Shown: positions 8,172-17,636, numbered from the stretch's first letter. The stretch: 33,211 nt of DNA from Ileibacterium sp. (GCA_021443945.1 JABUSF010000001.1:77208-110418); one strand, 5' to 3'. The notes: a model not told the origin generated them from the letters alone. Numbers and translations are program-made.

Positions 8172-9257
8172 TTAAGGAATGAATTTGAAGGGAACGTTGG
8201 GTTCGATAAAGTCCAGAAGCATGAATTCCTGTTCTGGAATGTGCCCCAGAACGTTTTTGCGGCCATCGTTTGGCATGTCTTTGAGCACCAGGTGCAGTTC
8301 TCCTTTGTAGCGGCCATAACCATCGTTGACAATGATCACATCTCCCCGTTTTAAATCGCGGGTGTTTTCGGCCGGAATGCTTTCGTTGGCAAAGACCACT
8401 CTTGGCATGGAACTGCGGGCCATATATTCGGACATGTCTCCCCGGACCACATGGGGAAAGTTGTATAAGATTTCGGATTCTACCGGCTGCAGTTCTTTTT
8501 CCAGCTCAATTTTAAAGGTGAGCACTTCCGGATCCAGAGCCGCCAGAGCCGCCAGTTCTTCTTCACTGGCATAGCAGTTGGCCACCAGAACATCATCCAC
8601 CAGACCGGTGGCAAACAAATGTCTGGCGGCGGTTTCGGCCGGAAGATCCCGGTGCATTTCCAGGGTGCACAGACCTTCATTGACAGGCCATGGGCCAAAG
8701 GTGTCCGGCTGCTGGCTGGAAACAAAGGCGGCTACAGGAAGATGCAGGCTGTGAATGTTTTGGGAAAGGGTTTTGAAAAAGTCATAGCCCAATCCAGTGT
8801 AGCGCTGGGGATAGAAGTTGTGGCAGGTCTGCAGTTTGGACATTTTGGGGTGATAGCTGCAGATGTTTTCCAGTCCCTTGTTAGGGGCGGAGGCGTTGAG
8901 CTCAACGATAAGATTTTGGGGATTGTAGGTCATGGCGGCTTCTTTCATGCCGTCAAAGGCTTCGTCCAGACGGATGCCGTCGGCGTGAATGTCTTCAAAG
9001 AAAGACAAATCGTCGGTGGTCAGGCCCAGTTTTTGAAACACGGCGGGAGAGACGTCGAAGATGACTTCCATACCGTATTCATGGGCTTTGTCCAGAAGAG
9101 CGGTAAACTCTTTTTTGATTTCTTCTTTTGGTTTGTCGACGGAAAGCAGGCAGGAGAAAATGCGTTTAAAACCATATTTTCCAGCCAGCTCAATATAAGC
9201 CAGATCCTTTTCCAGAGTGGAATGTTCCGGGTAAATGCTGATGCCAAGGCGTTTCAT
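8172..9257 (-). CDS. DUF871 family protein (MupG-like 6-phospho-N-acetylmuramidase family)
   Basis: MKRLGISIYPEHSTLEKDLAYIELAGKYGFKRIFSCLL... shows the N-terminus and length typical of DUF871/MupG. The ORF-track start at 9272 is a TTG 5 codons upstream. Confidence 0.7.
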   Translation of the reverse strand: MKRLGISIYPEHSTLEKDLAYIELAGKYGFKRIFSCLLSVDKPKEEIKKEFTALLDKAHEYGMEVIFDVSPAVFQKLGLTTDDLSFFEDIHADGIRLDEAFDGMKEAAMTYNPQNLIVELNASAPNKGLENICSYHPKMSKLQTCHNFYPQRYTGLGYDFFKTLSQNIHSLHLPVAAFVSSQQPDTFGPWPVNEGLCTLEMHRDLPAETAARHLFATGLVDDVLVANCYASEEELAALAALDPEVLTFKIELEKELQPVESEILYNFPHVVRGDMSEYMARSSMPRVVFANESIPAENTRDLKRGDVIIVNDGYGRYKGELHLVLKDMPNDGRKNVLGHIPEQEFMLLDFIEPNVPFKFIP

Positions 9258-9340
9258 AAATTTATCGGCCAAGCGGTTTTTCCGTTTGGCTTTTCCTTTC
9301 TATACCAGTATAAAGCGATCTCTGTTCTGCGCGAACAAAT

Positions 9341-9374
9341 AAAAAAAAGCCCGCTGCTCTGAAAGGCAGCAGGG
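9341..9374 (-). terminator. intrinsic terminator after the ATPase gene
   Basis: The minus strand reads CCCTGCTGC-ctttcaga-GCAGCGGG followed by CTTTTTTTTATTT. Confidence 0.8.
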
Positions 9375-9380
9375 AAAAAA

Positions 9381-10322
9381 TCAGGCCAGAGTGCTCCAGA
9401 AATGAGTGTCCAGGACAAATTCCTTGAAACGGGGCAGAGCAAAGCGGACCGCTCCTTTATAAGGGGTCATCAAAAGGCCCAGATTGATGAGATGCTGTTT
9501 GGCTGCATTGAAATCATTGGAATTCATGTCGGCAGCTTTGCGGATGTCTGTGATTTTCTCGCTTTCACTGACGGCAATGCAGGTGAGAATCTGCTGATCC
9601 AGCTGGCTGAGATCCTGCCAGATTTTACGGTACACCCGCTCATTCATAAACCGGTCAAAATCCCGTTTGGCTTCGTGAAGCGGGTAGTGGTTTTCACTGC
9701 ACAAAAAGCCAAGCACCTGAAAAGCATAAGGATACCCTTTTGTAAAGGCGGCCATTTTCTGGCTTTCCAGCACATCCACTTCCAGCTGATTCTGATAGGC
9801 TTGTGCCAAATCAGGAAGATACAGGGTTTCCAGGTAGACTCTCAGAGTGTTTTGGAGAAAGGCCATGGATTTGCATTTGAGCAGTTCAGCGCAGTTGTCC
9901 GTTCGTCCGGCCATCACCAGAAAGATGGGATATCCCTGGCTGTACCATTGTTCCAGACCCAGCAGAAATTCCTGGGGGATGGAAGGATGGGAAACGTTGT
10001 CCACGGCAATCAGAATGCGTTTCGGGGTGGTTTTCAGATCTTCTTCCAAAAGGCCGGCCTGCTGCAGTCGCTCCTTCAAATCGGCAAACATGTTTTTGTC
10101 CCGGTTCAGCTGGATCACCACCCAGTCTTTTTCGTTTTCAAAACGGTTGAGAATGTGACGCAGAGCAATGGTTTTTCCAGACCCCTGTGCCCCGGAAAGA
10201 ATGCAGACCCGGATGCAGGGATCTTCACTTAAGAACTCGGAATATAATTCGGCAAGGTAAACGTCCTGGCTGATGCGGCATTTGGGAATGCGGCCCAGAG
10301 ACAGAGTAAATGGATTCTTCAT
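9381..10322 (-). CDS. orphan P-loop NTPase (AAA+/ORC-Cdc6-like core) with a C-terminal winged-helix-like domain; function unknown
   Basis: Walker A is LSGAQGSGKT and Walker B-like is RILIAVDNV. The C-terminal segment LSQLDQQILTCIAVSESEKITDIRKAADMNSNDFNAAKQHLINLGLL looks like an HTH. AAGAGG SD lies 9 nt before the ATG at 10322; the ORF-track start at 10346 is TTG. Confidence 0.65.
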   Translation of the reverse strand: MKNPFTLSLGRIPKCRISQDVYLAELYSEFLSEDPCIRVCILSGAQGSGKTIALRHILNRFENEKDWVVIQLNRDKNMFADLKERLQQAGLLEEDLKTTPKRILIAVDNVSHPSIPQEFLLGLEQWYSQGYPIFLVMAGRTDNCAELLKCKSMAFLQNTLRVYLETLYLPDLAQAYQNQLEVDVLESQKMAAFTKGYPYAFQVLGFLCSENHYPLHEAKRDFDRFMNERVYRKIWQDLSQLDQQILTCIAVSESEKITDIRKAADMNSNDFNAAKQHLINLGLLMTPYKGAVRFALPRFKEFVLDTHFWSTLA

Positions 10323-10770
10323 ATCAAACAGCCTCTTCGTAATCAAATCTTTCTTTTTCTATAAGAATTTTCAGTTATAGGATTACATACTAACGATATT
10401 TTGCGCAGTTGGCTATATGTTTTTCGAAAATGAAAGAATCAATCGGTCAAGATAAGAAGAAATCCTGAACAGGGGATGGTTTCTTTGAAATGGGAAAACG
10501 CGGCAAATGGAAAGCAGGAAGCGGATTTCAAAAGAGGAAGGCGGTTTTGTTCGGCGTCAAAAGACGTGCTGTTTGATCCAAAAAAGGAAGAATTCTGCAT
10601 TTTCTCTCTGTGATTTTCAAGAGGTCCATAGGGGAAAACAGGATTGGAGGCTATTCTTAAAGAAGAAAACTGGAAGAAACTTTCAGTTCAGAACGATGAA
10701 GCTTTCTGTGAAATCTGAAAAACGGCACGGACAGCTTCAGCCTGCCAAAAAAGCAGGCAGAAAGGATTTG

Positions 10771-12972
10771 ATGATGAGTATTGCCTTTGATCAGGGCGTT
10801 TTTACTTTGACCACAAAGAACACCATGTATCAGTTTATGACCGATCGATATCACGTTCTGATTCATCTTTGGTATGGAAAAAACACCCATTGCGATATGA
10901 GCTATCTGGTGGATTATCCGGATGTAGCCTTTTCGCCCTCTGTTTTTGATGCCGGCCGGGACCGGACCTATTCTCTGGATACCCGTCTGCAGGAATATCC
11001 CGTGCAGGGCACCGGAGATCTGCGCATTGTGGGCGGGAAAGTCAAAACGCCTGACGGATGCTCCAGCCTGGATCTTCGCTTTGAAGGCTTTTCGGCTGAA
11101 AAGGGAAGAGCGCCCATTGAAGGGCTTCCCTATGCCCGGGCCGAAGCGGAGTGCGAAACCCTGATCATCCATCTGCGGGATTCCGTGCTGGATCTGAACG
11201 CGAAGCTGTATTACGTGGTTTTTGAAGAATTGGACATCATTGCCCGGCACATCCGCTTTGAAAACAGCTCAGATCAGACATTGATTCTGGAGCAGGCAGC
11301 CAGCGCGGTGCTGGATCTGCCAAACGAAGACATGGATTTGATTTCCTTTTCCGGCCGGCATGCCCAGGAAAGACAGCTGATCCGCCGCTCTTTGGAGCAG
11401 GGAACCGTGAGTTTGGATTCCAAAAGGGGAACGAGCTCCCACCAGCAGAATCCCGCATTCATTCTGGCCGGCAAAGACACAACGGAAACCTGCGGCAGCT
11501 GCTATGGAATGATGCTGGCGTATTCGGGCTCTTTCCAGGCGCTGGTGGAAAAAGACCCTCTGGGACAGATTCGGGCCGTAATGGGCATTCATCCGGATTT
11601 GTTTGAGTGGGTTCTGGAGCCTGGCCAGTCCTTTGAAACTCCGGAGGTCTTTCTGTCTTTTTCCAGTCGGGGATTTGAACAGCTCAGCCACAACTATCAT
11701 GGCCTGATCAACACCTGCATCGTCCCTGCCCGGTTTCAGAATACCCCAAGAGATGTGGTGATCAACAATTGGGAAGCCACCTACTTTGATTTTGACGGGG
11801 ACAAAATTGCCGCCATTGCCGGCGAAGCCGCCGCGCTTGGCATTGATATGCTGGTGCTGGATGACGGCTGGTTTGGATCCCGGAACAACGACTCCCAGGC
11901 GCTGGGAGACTGGTTTGTCAACGAAGAAAAGCTGGGGGGAAGCCTGCAGCAGCTCATTGAACGCATTCATGCCAAAGGGATGAAGTTTGGATTGTGGATT
12001 GAGCCGGAAATGATCAGCGAAGAAAGCCGGCTTTACCAGGAACATCCGGAATGGGCTCTGAGCATCCCGGCAAGAGGATGCATCCGGTGCCGGTATCAGC
12101 TGAATTTGGATCTGTCCAATCCGGACGTGCAGGAGTATTTGTTTGAGCGGATGGATGCACTGCTCAGTGAAAATGAGATTGATTACATCAAGTGGGATAT
12201 GAACCGCCCGATTGCTCAGTGGTATTCTCCCTGCTGGCCGGCTGATCGGCAAAAAGAAGTTCCTCACCGGTACATGCTGGGGCTGTATGCGCTTCTGAAC
12301 CGGATCACCCAGGCTCATCCGGGGGTGCTGTTTGAAGGATGCTCCGGGGGCGGGGGACGATTTGATGCAGGCATGCTGTTTTACCATCCTCAGATTTGGA
12401 CCAGTGACAATACGGATGCCCATGACCGAACCCGGATTCAGTATGGGACCAGCTTCTTCTATCCGGTTTCGGCCATGTCGGCTCATGTGTCCGCCGTTCC
12501 CAACCATCAGACCGGACGGGTGACGTCTTTGAGCACCCGGGGTGCGGTGGCCATGGCGGGATCCTTTGGGTATGAGCTGGATTTAAGCAAGCTGAGCGGA
12601 GAGGAAAAAAGGGAAATCAGAGAGCAGGTGGGCTGGTATAAACAGCTGCGCCCTCTGATTTTTCAGGGCGATTACTACCGGCTGACGGGTGCGGATGAAA
12701 ACCGCTCCTTCTGGATGTTTGTTTCCAAAGACAAAAGGAAAGCTTTTGTGGAAGGGGTTGTGTACGAGCATAAGCCCACCGCTCTTCGCCATCGAATTCG
12801 GCTGAAAGGTCTGGATCCGGATGCATGGTATCGGTGCATCGGTGCCAGTTTTGAATCTCCGGCTGTCCATCAGATTCTCAGCGGGGAAGCGCTGATGAGC
12901 GGCGGATGCCTTTTGGATTATTCATGGGGATATGACAAGGCCATGGCTCTTGTGTTTGAGAAGGTGGAATAG
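10771..12972 (+). CDS. alpha-galactosidase, glycoside hydrolase family 36
   Basis: MMSIAFDQGVFTLTTKNTMYQF..., IDYIKWDMNR and FEGCSGGGGRFD are GH36 signature stretches. The roughly 733 aa length fits the family. AAAGGA SD lies upstream. The in-frame 88-codon extension from 10507 is highly basic and not protein-like. Confidence 0.9.
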   Translation: MMSIAFDQGVFTLTTKNTMYQFMTDRYHVLIHLWYGKNTHCDMSYLVDYPDVAFSPSVFDAGRDRTYSLDTRLQEYPVQGTGDLRIVGGKVKTPDGCSSLDLRFEGFSAEKGRAPIEGLPYARAEAECETLIIHLRDSVLDLNAKLYYVVFEELDIIARHIRFENSSDQTLILEQAASAVLDLPNEDMDLISFSGRHAQERQLIRRSLEQGTVSLDSKRGTSSHQQNPAFILAGKDTTETCGSCYGMMLAYSGSFQALVEKDPLGQIRAVMGIHPDLFEWVLEPGQSFETPEVFLSFSSRGFEQLSHNYHGLINTCIVPARFQNTPRDVVINNWEATYFDFDGDKIAAIAGEAAALGIDMLVLDDGWFGSRNNDSQALGDWFVNEEKLGGSLQQLIERIHAKGMKFGLWIEPEMISEESRLYQEHPEWALSIPARGCIRCRYQLNLDLSNPDVQEYLFERMDALLSENEIDYIKWDMNRPIAQWYSPCWPADRQKEVPHRYMLGLYALLNRITQAHPGVLFEGCSGGGGRFDAGMLFYHPQIWTSDNTDAHDRTRIQYGTSFFYPVSAMSAHVSAVPNHQTGRVTSLSTRGAVAMAGSFGYELDLSKLSGEEKREIREQVGWYKQLRPLIFQGDYYRLTGADENRSFWMFVSKDKRKAFVEGVVYEHKPTALRHRIRLKGLDPDAWYRCIGASFESPAVHQILSGEALMSGGCLLDYSWGYDKAMALVFEKVE

Positions 12973-13024
12973 ATTTGTCCTGAAAGGACGTTGTGGGAAA
13001 CGAGTGCAGATTTTCATGTAAAAA

Positions 13025-13080
13025 GACCCTCCCATCGGTCTGCTGCAGGCAGTGCCGGTGGTTGAGGGCCTTTTCTTTTT
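13025..13080. terminator. bidirectional intrinsic terminator between the convergent alpha-galactosidase and DUF2812 genes
   Basis: A long imperfect hairpin (GACCCTCCCATCGG..CTGC-tgcag-GCAG..CCGGTGG..GAGGGCC) is flanked by A-run and T-run on both sides. Confidence 0.7.
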
Positions 13081-13084
13081 ATGG

Positions 13085-13612
13085 TTATTGGCGGCTGACG
13101 GACTTCCAGTCTTTGATCAGTCCATACCAGCAAAGAACGGTCAAAACAGAAACGAAACAGGTAAATCCCATTGTAAAGCCATCTGCAAAATCTTTGCTGG
13201 GTCCTTTGAAGAGCTGATAGATCAAAAGGATCAGGGAGATGGCCATGAGAATGGTAATCGGAATCATTCTGGCTTTGATGATCCGCAGGATCATTCCTTT
13301 GCGGTCTTCTTCGCTGGAAAAAATCTGCTGATCAGCCTGGCCGTCGTTTGGATGCGCGAAAAGCACGAAGCCGTTCATGGTAAAGATGTATTTCCATCCA
13401 TACTCTTCATACAACGCAATCGCATCGTTTCTCTGGCTTTTGCTGGCGAAGTAGTCGAAGCGGTAGAGCATGTTTTCCGGCTTGGCTTTGCGGAAAAAAT
13501 AGAAGCCTGGAAGGACTGCGTTTTTCAGCAGCCATCCGTTTTGGGCCATTTTTTCCAGCCATCTTTCTTCCTGATGGTATTGGCTTAAGGTGTAAAATCT
13601 AAATTTCATCAT
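13085..13612 (-). CDS. DUF2812 domain membrane protein (usual partner of PadR regulators)
   Basis: MMKFRFYTLSQYHQEERWLEKMAQNGWLLK... plus two C-terminal TM segments. There is a 4-nt overlap with the PadR stop. Confidence 0.7.
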   Translation of the reverse strand: MMKFRFYTLSQYHQEERWLEKMAQNGWLLKNAVLPGFYFFRKAKPENMLYRFDYFASKSQRNDAIALYEEYGWKYIFTMNGFVLFAHPNDGQADQQIFSSEEDRKGMILRIIKARMIPITILMAISLILLIYQLFKGPSKDFADGFTMGFTCFVSVLTVLCWYGLIKDWKSVSRQ

Positions 13613-13923
13613 AATTTTTCTCCCTTCGAGTTGGCATACAGCCGTGCAATGCGTCCTTTTTCCAGGTCCAGAATGTGCTGTCCCTGTTCAGTCAGTTTGT
13701 AGATTTTCCGTTTGTTTTCCGTGCGGACGGTTTGGATCAGTCCGTCTTTTTCCAGTTTGCTTAAGGCCCCGTACATCGTACCGGGGGGCAGCCGGACTTC
13801 ATCGCTGGTGAGTTCGGCAGTTTTTTTTGAAATGGAATACCCATGATCTTCCTGCTGCAGAAAGAGCAGGATGTAGAAGGTGGCTTCGGTCATGGGAATG
13901 TATTTTGATTCTAGATCTTTCAT
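13609..13923 (-). CDS. PadR-family transcriptional regulator
   Basis: TEATFYILLFLQQEDHGYSISKKTAELTSDEVRLPPGTMYGALSKLEKDGLI is a classic PadR wHTH. GAGGGA SD lies 6 nt upstream. Confidence 0.85.
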   Translation of the reverse strand: MKDLESKYIPMTEATFYILLFLQQEDHGYSISKKTAELTSDEVRLPPGTMYGALSKLEKDGLIQTVRTENKRKIYKLTEQGQHILDLEKGRIARLYANSKGEKL

Positions 13924-13992
13924 ATATCGTCCCTCGATACATTTAGTATATCCTTAAAATATATCGAGTCAAGATATATCGGATAACGATAT

Positions 13993-14031
13993 AAAAAAAC
14001 TTCCCGCCTGGAAAGAATTCCAAGCGGGAAG
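13993..14031 (-). terminator. intrinsic terminator of the nrdA-nrdB operon
   Basis: The minus strand reads CTTCCCGC-ttggaattctttccag-GCGGGAAG followed by TTTTTTT. Confidence 0.8.
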
Positions 14032-14047
14032 GGTCAGGATCTGAATT

Positions 14048-15091
14048 TTAGAGATCGTCGGTGATGGCGCCGGCTTTTGCATAGGCGGTGGATTTGGCTT
14101 CGAAGAAGTCTGTTTTGATATCGTTGGCATTGGCGTAAACATCCACCCAGGCCATGGAAGCCGGAATGTCTTCGTGGCCTTCGTACAGAGGGCTGAAGCC
14201 GAGCTGTTTGGCCCGCAGGTTTCCGAGGTAGAGGATGTAGTCTTCCACCATGTCCATGTTCAGGCCTTCGATGTCATTTCCGATGACATAGCGGGCCCAG
14301 TCGATTTCTTCCTGAACGCCTTTTTTGAGCATGGCTTTGTATTCTTCCACCAGCTCATCGGTAAACAGTTCCGGATTTTCCCGGCGCAGCTCGAGAATCA
14401 TGTTGCGGAACAGCCACAGATGGGTGTTTTCATCCCGGTTGATGTAGCGGATGTTCTGCACGCTGCCCGGCATTTTGCGGGTGCGGCCCAGGTTGTAGAA
14501 GAACATGAATCCGGAATAGAAGTAGATGCCTTCCAGAATGTAGTTGGCCATCATGGTCTTCATGAGCTGTTCCGGCGTTTTGTTTTCCAGAAAGTCGTTG
14601 TACAGGTTTCCGATGAATTCGTTTCTTTTCAAAAGGCGTTCGTCGTTTTTCCACTGGTACAGAATGTCATTGCGCTCTTCCGGGGAGCAGATGGTGTCCA
14701 GCATGTAGCTGTAGGCCTGAGAATGAACAGCTTCCTGGAAGGCCTGGATGGTCAGGCACAGGTTGACTTCGTTGGCGGTGATGTAGCTTCCAACGTTTGG
14801 CAGATTGGCCGTCTGCAGAGAGTCCAGGAACACAAGGAAGGACAGGGTTTTGTCGTAGGCTCTTTTTTCAGCGGGGCTGAGGTGGGAGCGGTAGTCCTTC
14901 AAATCCTGAGCCATGTTGATTTCTTCCGGGATCCAGAAGTTGTTCATGGCCTGACGGTACCAGCTGCTGGTCCATTCGTATTTCAGGTTGTTGAAATCAT
15001 TCAGGTTTGTGGTGTTTCCATTGATCATGGATCTTAAAGCCACATCTGTGTCGCCCTGGGCATTGAACAGGGCTTTTTCTTTGAGCTTCAT
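14048..15091 (-). CDS. nrdB: class I ribonucleotide reductase beta (radical-generating) subunit
   Basis: Ferritin-like di-metal motifs: FLDSLQ, QAFQEAVHSQAYSYM, ILEGIYFYSGF, RDENTHL. It lies directly downstream of the alpha subunit. AAAGGA SD is present. Confidence 0.9.
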   Translation of the reverse strand: MKLKEKALFNAQGDTDVALRSMINGNTTNLNDFNNLKYEWTSSWYRQAMNNFWIPEEINMAQDLKDYRSHLSPAEKRAYDKTLSFLVFLDSLQTANLPNVGSYITANEVNLCLTIQAFQEAVHSQAYSYMLDTICSPEERNDILYQWKNDERLLKRNEFIGNLYNDFLENKTPEQLMKTMMANYILEGIYFYSGFMFFYNLGRTRKMPGSVQNIRYINRDENTHLWLFRNMILELRRENPELFTDELVEEYKAMLKKGVQEEIDWARYVIGNDIEGLNMDMVEDYILYLGNLRAKQLGFSPLYEGHEDIPASMAWVDVYANANDIKTDFFEAKSTAYAKAGAITDDL

Positions 15092-15110
15092 GCTGTTTCC
15101 TTTCTAAATC

Positions 15111-17636
15111 CTATGCGCTGCAGGATTCGCACTCTTCCACTTCCAGAGACTGGGAACGGACATAGTAAATGGTTTTGAGTCCTTTTTCCCAGGCACGGAT
15201 GTAAAGATCGAGAACTTTACGGAAGGTGTAATCATTGGTGATGTACAGATTGACCGACTGACCCTGGTCGATGTGGCGCTGGCGGACGGCAGCGGAATCA
15301 ACCACCCAGTTCTGATCAATATGATGAGCATTTTTATAGTACCAGAAAGTTTCCGGACTTAAATCCGGTGCCACCCGTGTGAGCAGGCTGCCTTTCTTTT
15401 CTTCAATGAAGTATTTTTTCAAAATCGGATCCACGGCTGGTGTGGTTCCGGCCAGAATGGAGGTGGAGCTGGTGGGGGCGATGGCCATTAAATAGCCGTT
15501 GCGCAGTCCGGTTTCCCGGATCTGGGCAGCCAGTTCTTTCCATTTGTCACTGGTGTAGTCCCTTTTGTCAAAGTAAGCGCCGGTTTGGTATTCACTTCCT
15601 TCGAAGAACGCATAACTGCCTTTTTCTCTGGCCAGCTGGCTGGAGGCTTCCAGAGCATGGAAGTTGATCCGTTCATAAAGGTCATCCATGAACTCAAGGT
15701 GGCGTTCGTTTTCAAAAGGAATCTGGCGTTTGGCCAGCAGATGCTGGTAGCCGCTGGTGCCAAGGCCGATGGCCCGGTACTGCTGGTTTGTCATCTGAGC
15801 ATACGGCAGAGCGTAGTAGTTCAGATCGATGACGTTGTCCAGGGCACGGACAACCGTGAAGATCACGTCTTTAAGCTCCTCGTCGTTGTCGGTGTCAATT
15901 TTGGCAAGGGACAGACTGGCCAGGTTGCAGACCACAAAGTCACCAGGGATGGTGGTTTCCACCACTTGGCGCCGGCCGTCCTTTTCGATGATTTCAGGGT
16001 CGAGCACCTGCATGCTGGACATGTTCTGAGCGATTTCGGTGCACAGATTGCTGGAGTAGATCATGCCTTTGTGGCTGTTTGGGTTGGCGTAGTTGACCGC
16101 ATCCCGGTTGAAGACAAACGGTGTTCCGGTTTCCACCATGGATTTGATCAGCAGGCGGACGATTTCTTTGACGGGCATGACCCGTTTGGAGATGCTGGGG
16201 TCGGCCACGCATTCCAGATATTTTTCTTCCCAGTCCAGACCGTAGTGGTCTTCCAGGCTGTAGCCTTTTTTGACCAGAATTTCATGGGGATCCATCATGT
16301 TCCAGCTGCCGTCAATGTTGTTTTTAGCCAGACGCCAGAACAGATCCGGGAAGCAGACAGCCGGGAAGATGTCGTGGGCTTTTTTTCGGTCGTCTCCATT
16401 GTTGGTGCGCAGCTGCAGAAATTCCGGAAGGTCTTTGTGCCATACGTCCAGATAGACGGCGGCTGCTCCGGAGCGCACACCCAGCTGATCCACGGCTACG
16501 GCCGTGTCGTTGACCAGACGGATCCAGGGGATGACACCGCCGGCAGCGCCTTCAAAGCCCCGGATGTCGGAGCCGGATGCTCTGACTTTTCCAAAGTACA
16601 TGCCCATTCCGCCGCCAAATTTGGACACCTGAGCGAAGTTGGATACACTGCGGTAAATACCGGTTAAGGAGTCGTCCACCGTGTCGATGAAGCAGGAGCT
16701 CATCTGGTGGAACGGTTTTCTGGCGTTGGCCATGGTTGGGGTGGCCATGGTGACTTTCAGAGTGCTGAGCATATCGTAGAAGCGTTTGGCCCAGTAGACA
16801 GAATCTTCTTCCGGAATGGCCAGATGCATGGCAATGCCCATGAACATTTCCTGTACCCGCTCCAGCAGATGGCCCTGGTGATCCACCAGAAGATAGCGGC
16901 TTTTGAGCAGATCCAGGCCGGGATGCTTGAACAGATGACTGCGCTCCGGTTTGAGATAACAGGCCAGTTCAGCAATGTCATCCGGACTGTAGCGTTCCAG
17001 CAGCAAAGGTTCGATCAGTTTGTTTTCCTTCATCCAGGCCAGTTTGTCGTACCAGGTTTCAAAGCCAAGCTTTTCTTCCATGGCACTGACTTCCAGATCG
17101 ATGTTCAGGTTGAGCAGGCGGGCTGCAATGTCTTCCCATAAAGGGGCGTCCCGGCTGGTCAGTTCGCTGGCTGCCCGGATCAGGGATTCCATTTTCTGAG
17201 AATCGTCCATACCCTCCTTCAGGAAGGTGCGGACCTTCATCACCAGCTGTCCGGCGTCATATTCTTCATCGGTGAAGTCTTTTTGAATGTTGTGAAGAAC
17301 GTCTTTCAGATCATCCACAGGGCAGATGGCCAGCAGCTGATCCAGGTGGGCACGTTTTTTGGAGTGTTCAAAACGGTAAACAATGTAGGCTTTGGCTACG
17401 TCGTAGAAGCCTTCATCCAGCAGAAGAATTTCCACAATGTCCTGAATTTCCTCCACGGAAATTCCTTCGTAAAGTTTGTCTTCTGCTTTCAGTGCCATTT
17501 CAGCGATTTTTTCGGCCTCCACTTCCCGGCTGGTACTGGCCCAGGCTTTGGAAATAGCGGTCTCAATTTTGCTTCGGTGGTAGGGTTCCTGCAGGCCGCT
17601 GCGCTTGCAGATCCAATGTATGTTTGTAGATGCCAA
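15111..17636 (-). CDS. nrdA: class Ia ribonucleotide reductase alpha subunit with N-terminal ATP-cone
   Basis: The ATP-cone stretch is ICKRSGLQEPYHRSKIETAISKA...VAKAYIVYR. Catalytic core stretches are NLCTEI and the C-terminal ..ECESCSA. I prefer the TTG at 17636, which has AGAGGAG 8 nt upstream. In-frame alternatives are ATG 17669 (no SD, overlaps a -10-like TGTTTTAAT) and TTG 17699 (ORF track). Confidence 0.9.
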   Translation of the reverse strand: MASTNIHWICKRSGLQEPYHRSKIETAISKAWASTSREVEAEKIAEMALKAEDKLYEGISVEEIQDIVEILLLDEGFYDVAKAYIVYRFEHSKKRAHLDQLLAICPVDDLKDVLHNIQKDFTDEEYDAGQLVMKVRTFLKEGMDDSQKMESLIRAASELTSRDAPLWEDIAARLLNLNIDLEVSAMEEKLGFETWYDKLAWMKENKLIEPLLLERYSPDDIAELACYLKPERSHLFKHPGLDLLKSRYLLVDHQGHLLERVQEMFMGIAMHLAIPEEDSVYWAKRFYDMLSTLKVTMATPTMANARKPFHQMSSCFIDTVDDSLTGIYRSVSNFAQVSKFGGGMGMYFGKVRASGSDIRGFEGAAGGVIPWIRLVNDTAVAVDQLGVRSGAAAVYLDVWHKDLPEFLQLRTNNGDDRKKAHDIFPAVCFPDLFWRLAKNNIDGSWNMMDPHEILVKKGYSLEDHYGLDWEEKYLECVADPSISKRVMPVKEIVRLLIKSMVETGTPFVFNRDAVNYANPNSHKGMIYSSNLCTEIAQNMSSMQVLDPEIIEKDGRRQVVETTIPGDFVVCNLASLSLAKIDTDNDEELKDVIFTVVRALDNVIDLNYYALPYAQMTNQQYRAIGLGTSGYQHLLAKRQIPFENERHLEFMDDLYERINFHALEASSQLAREKGSYAFFEGSEYQTGAYFDKRDYTSDKWKELAAQIRETGLRNGYLMAIAPTSSTSILAGTTPAVDPILKKYFIEEKKGSLLTRVAPDLSPETFWYYKNAHHIDQNWVVDSAAVRQRHIDQGQSVNLYITNDYTFRKVLDLYIRAWEKGLKTIYYVRSQSLEVEECESCSA

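Noticed and set aside
10476-10613. A 45-codon ORF (MVSLKWENAANGKQEADFKRGRRFCSASKDVLFDPKKEEFCIFSL) in the ATPase / alpha-galactosidase spacer.
   Set aside because: The only SD-like sequence (AGGGG) abuts the ATG with no spacing. The composition is purine-driven and no family resemblance is apparent.
10507-10770. An 88-codon in-frame N-terminal extension of the alpha-galactosidase ORF. Similar track extensions occur at 587-718, 17942-18070, 25610-25804 and 17637-17699.
   Set aside because: The extensions are basic or low-complexity and absent from the conserved N-termini I know for these families. Internal starts have proper SDs or, for repressor A, support from the paralog alignment.
1306-16667. 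Other long antisense ORFs in the track: 1306-2487, 3454-4044, 5409-6197, 6731-8095, 9402-10232, 11269-12507, 13052-13588, 14174-15037, 15585-16667 and 18080-18673.
   Set aside because: Each lies entirely opposite a gene with strong family motifs. Each gives odd, repetitive G/F/V/H-rich translations and lacks a ribosome-binding site. The explanation is the same codon bias.
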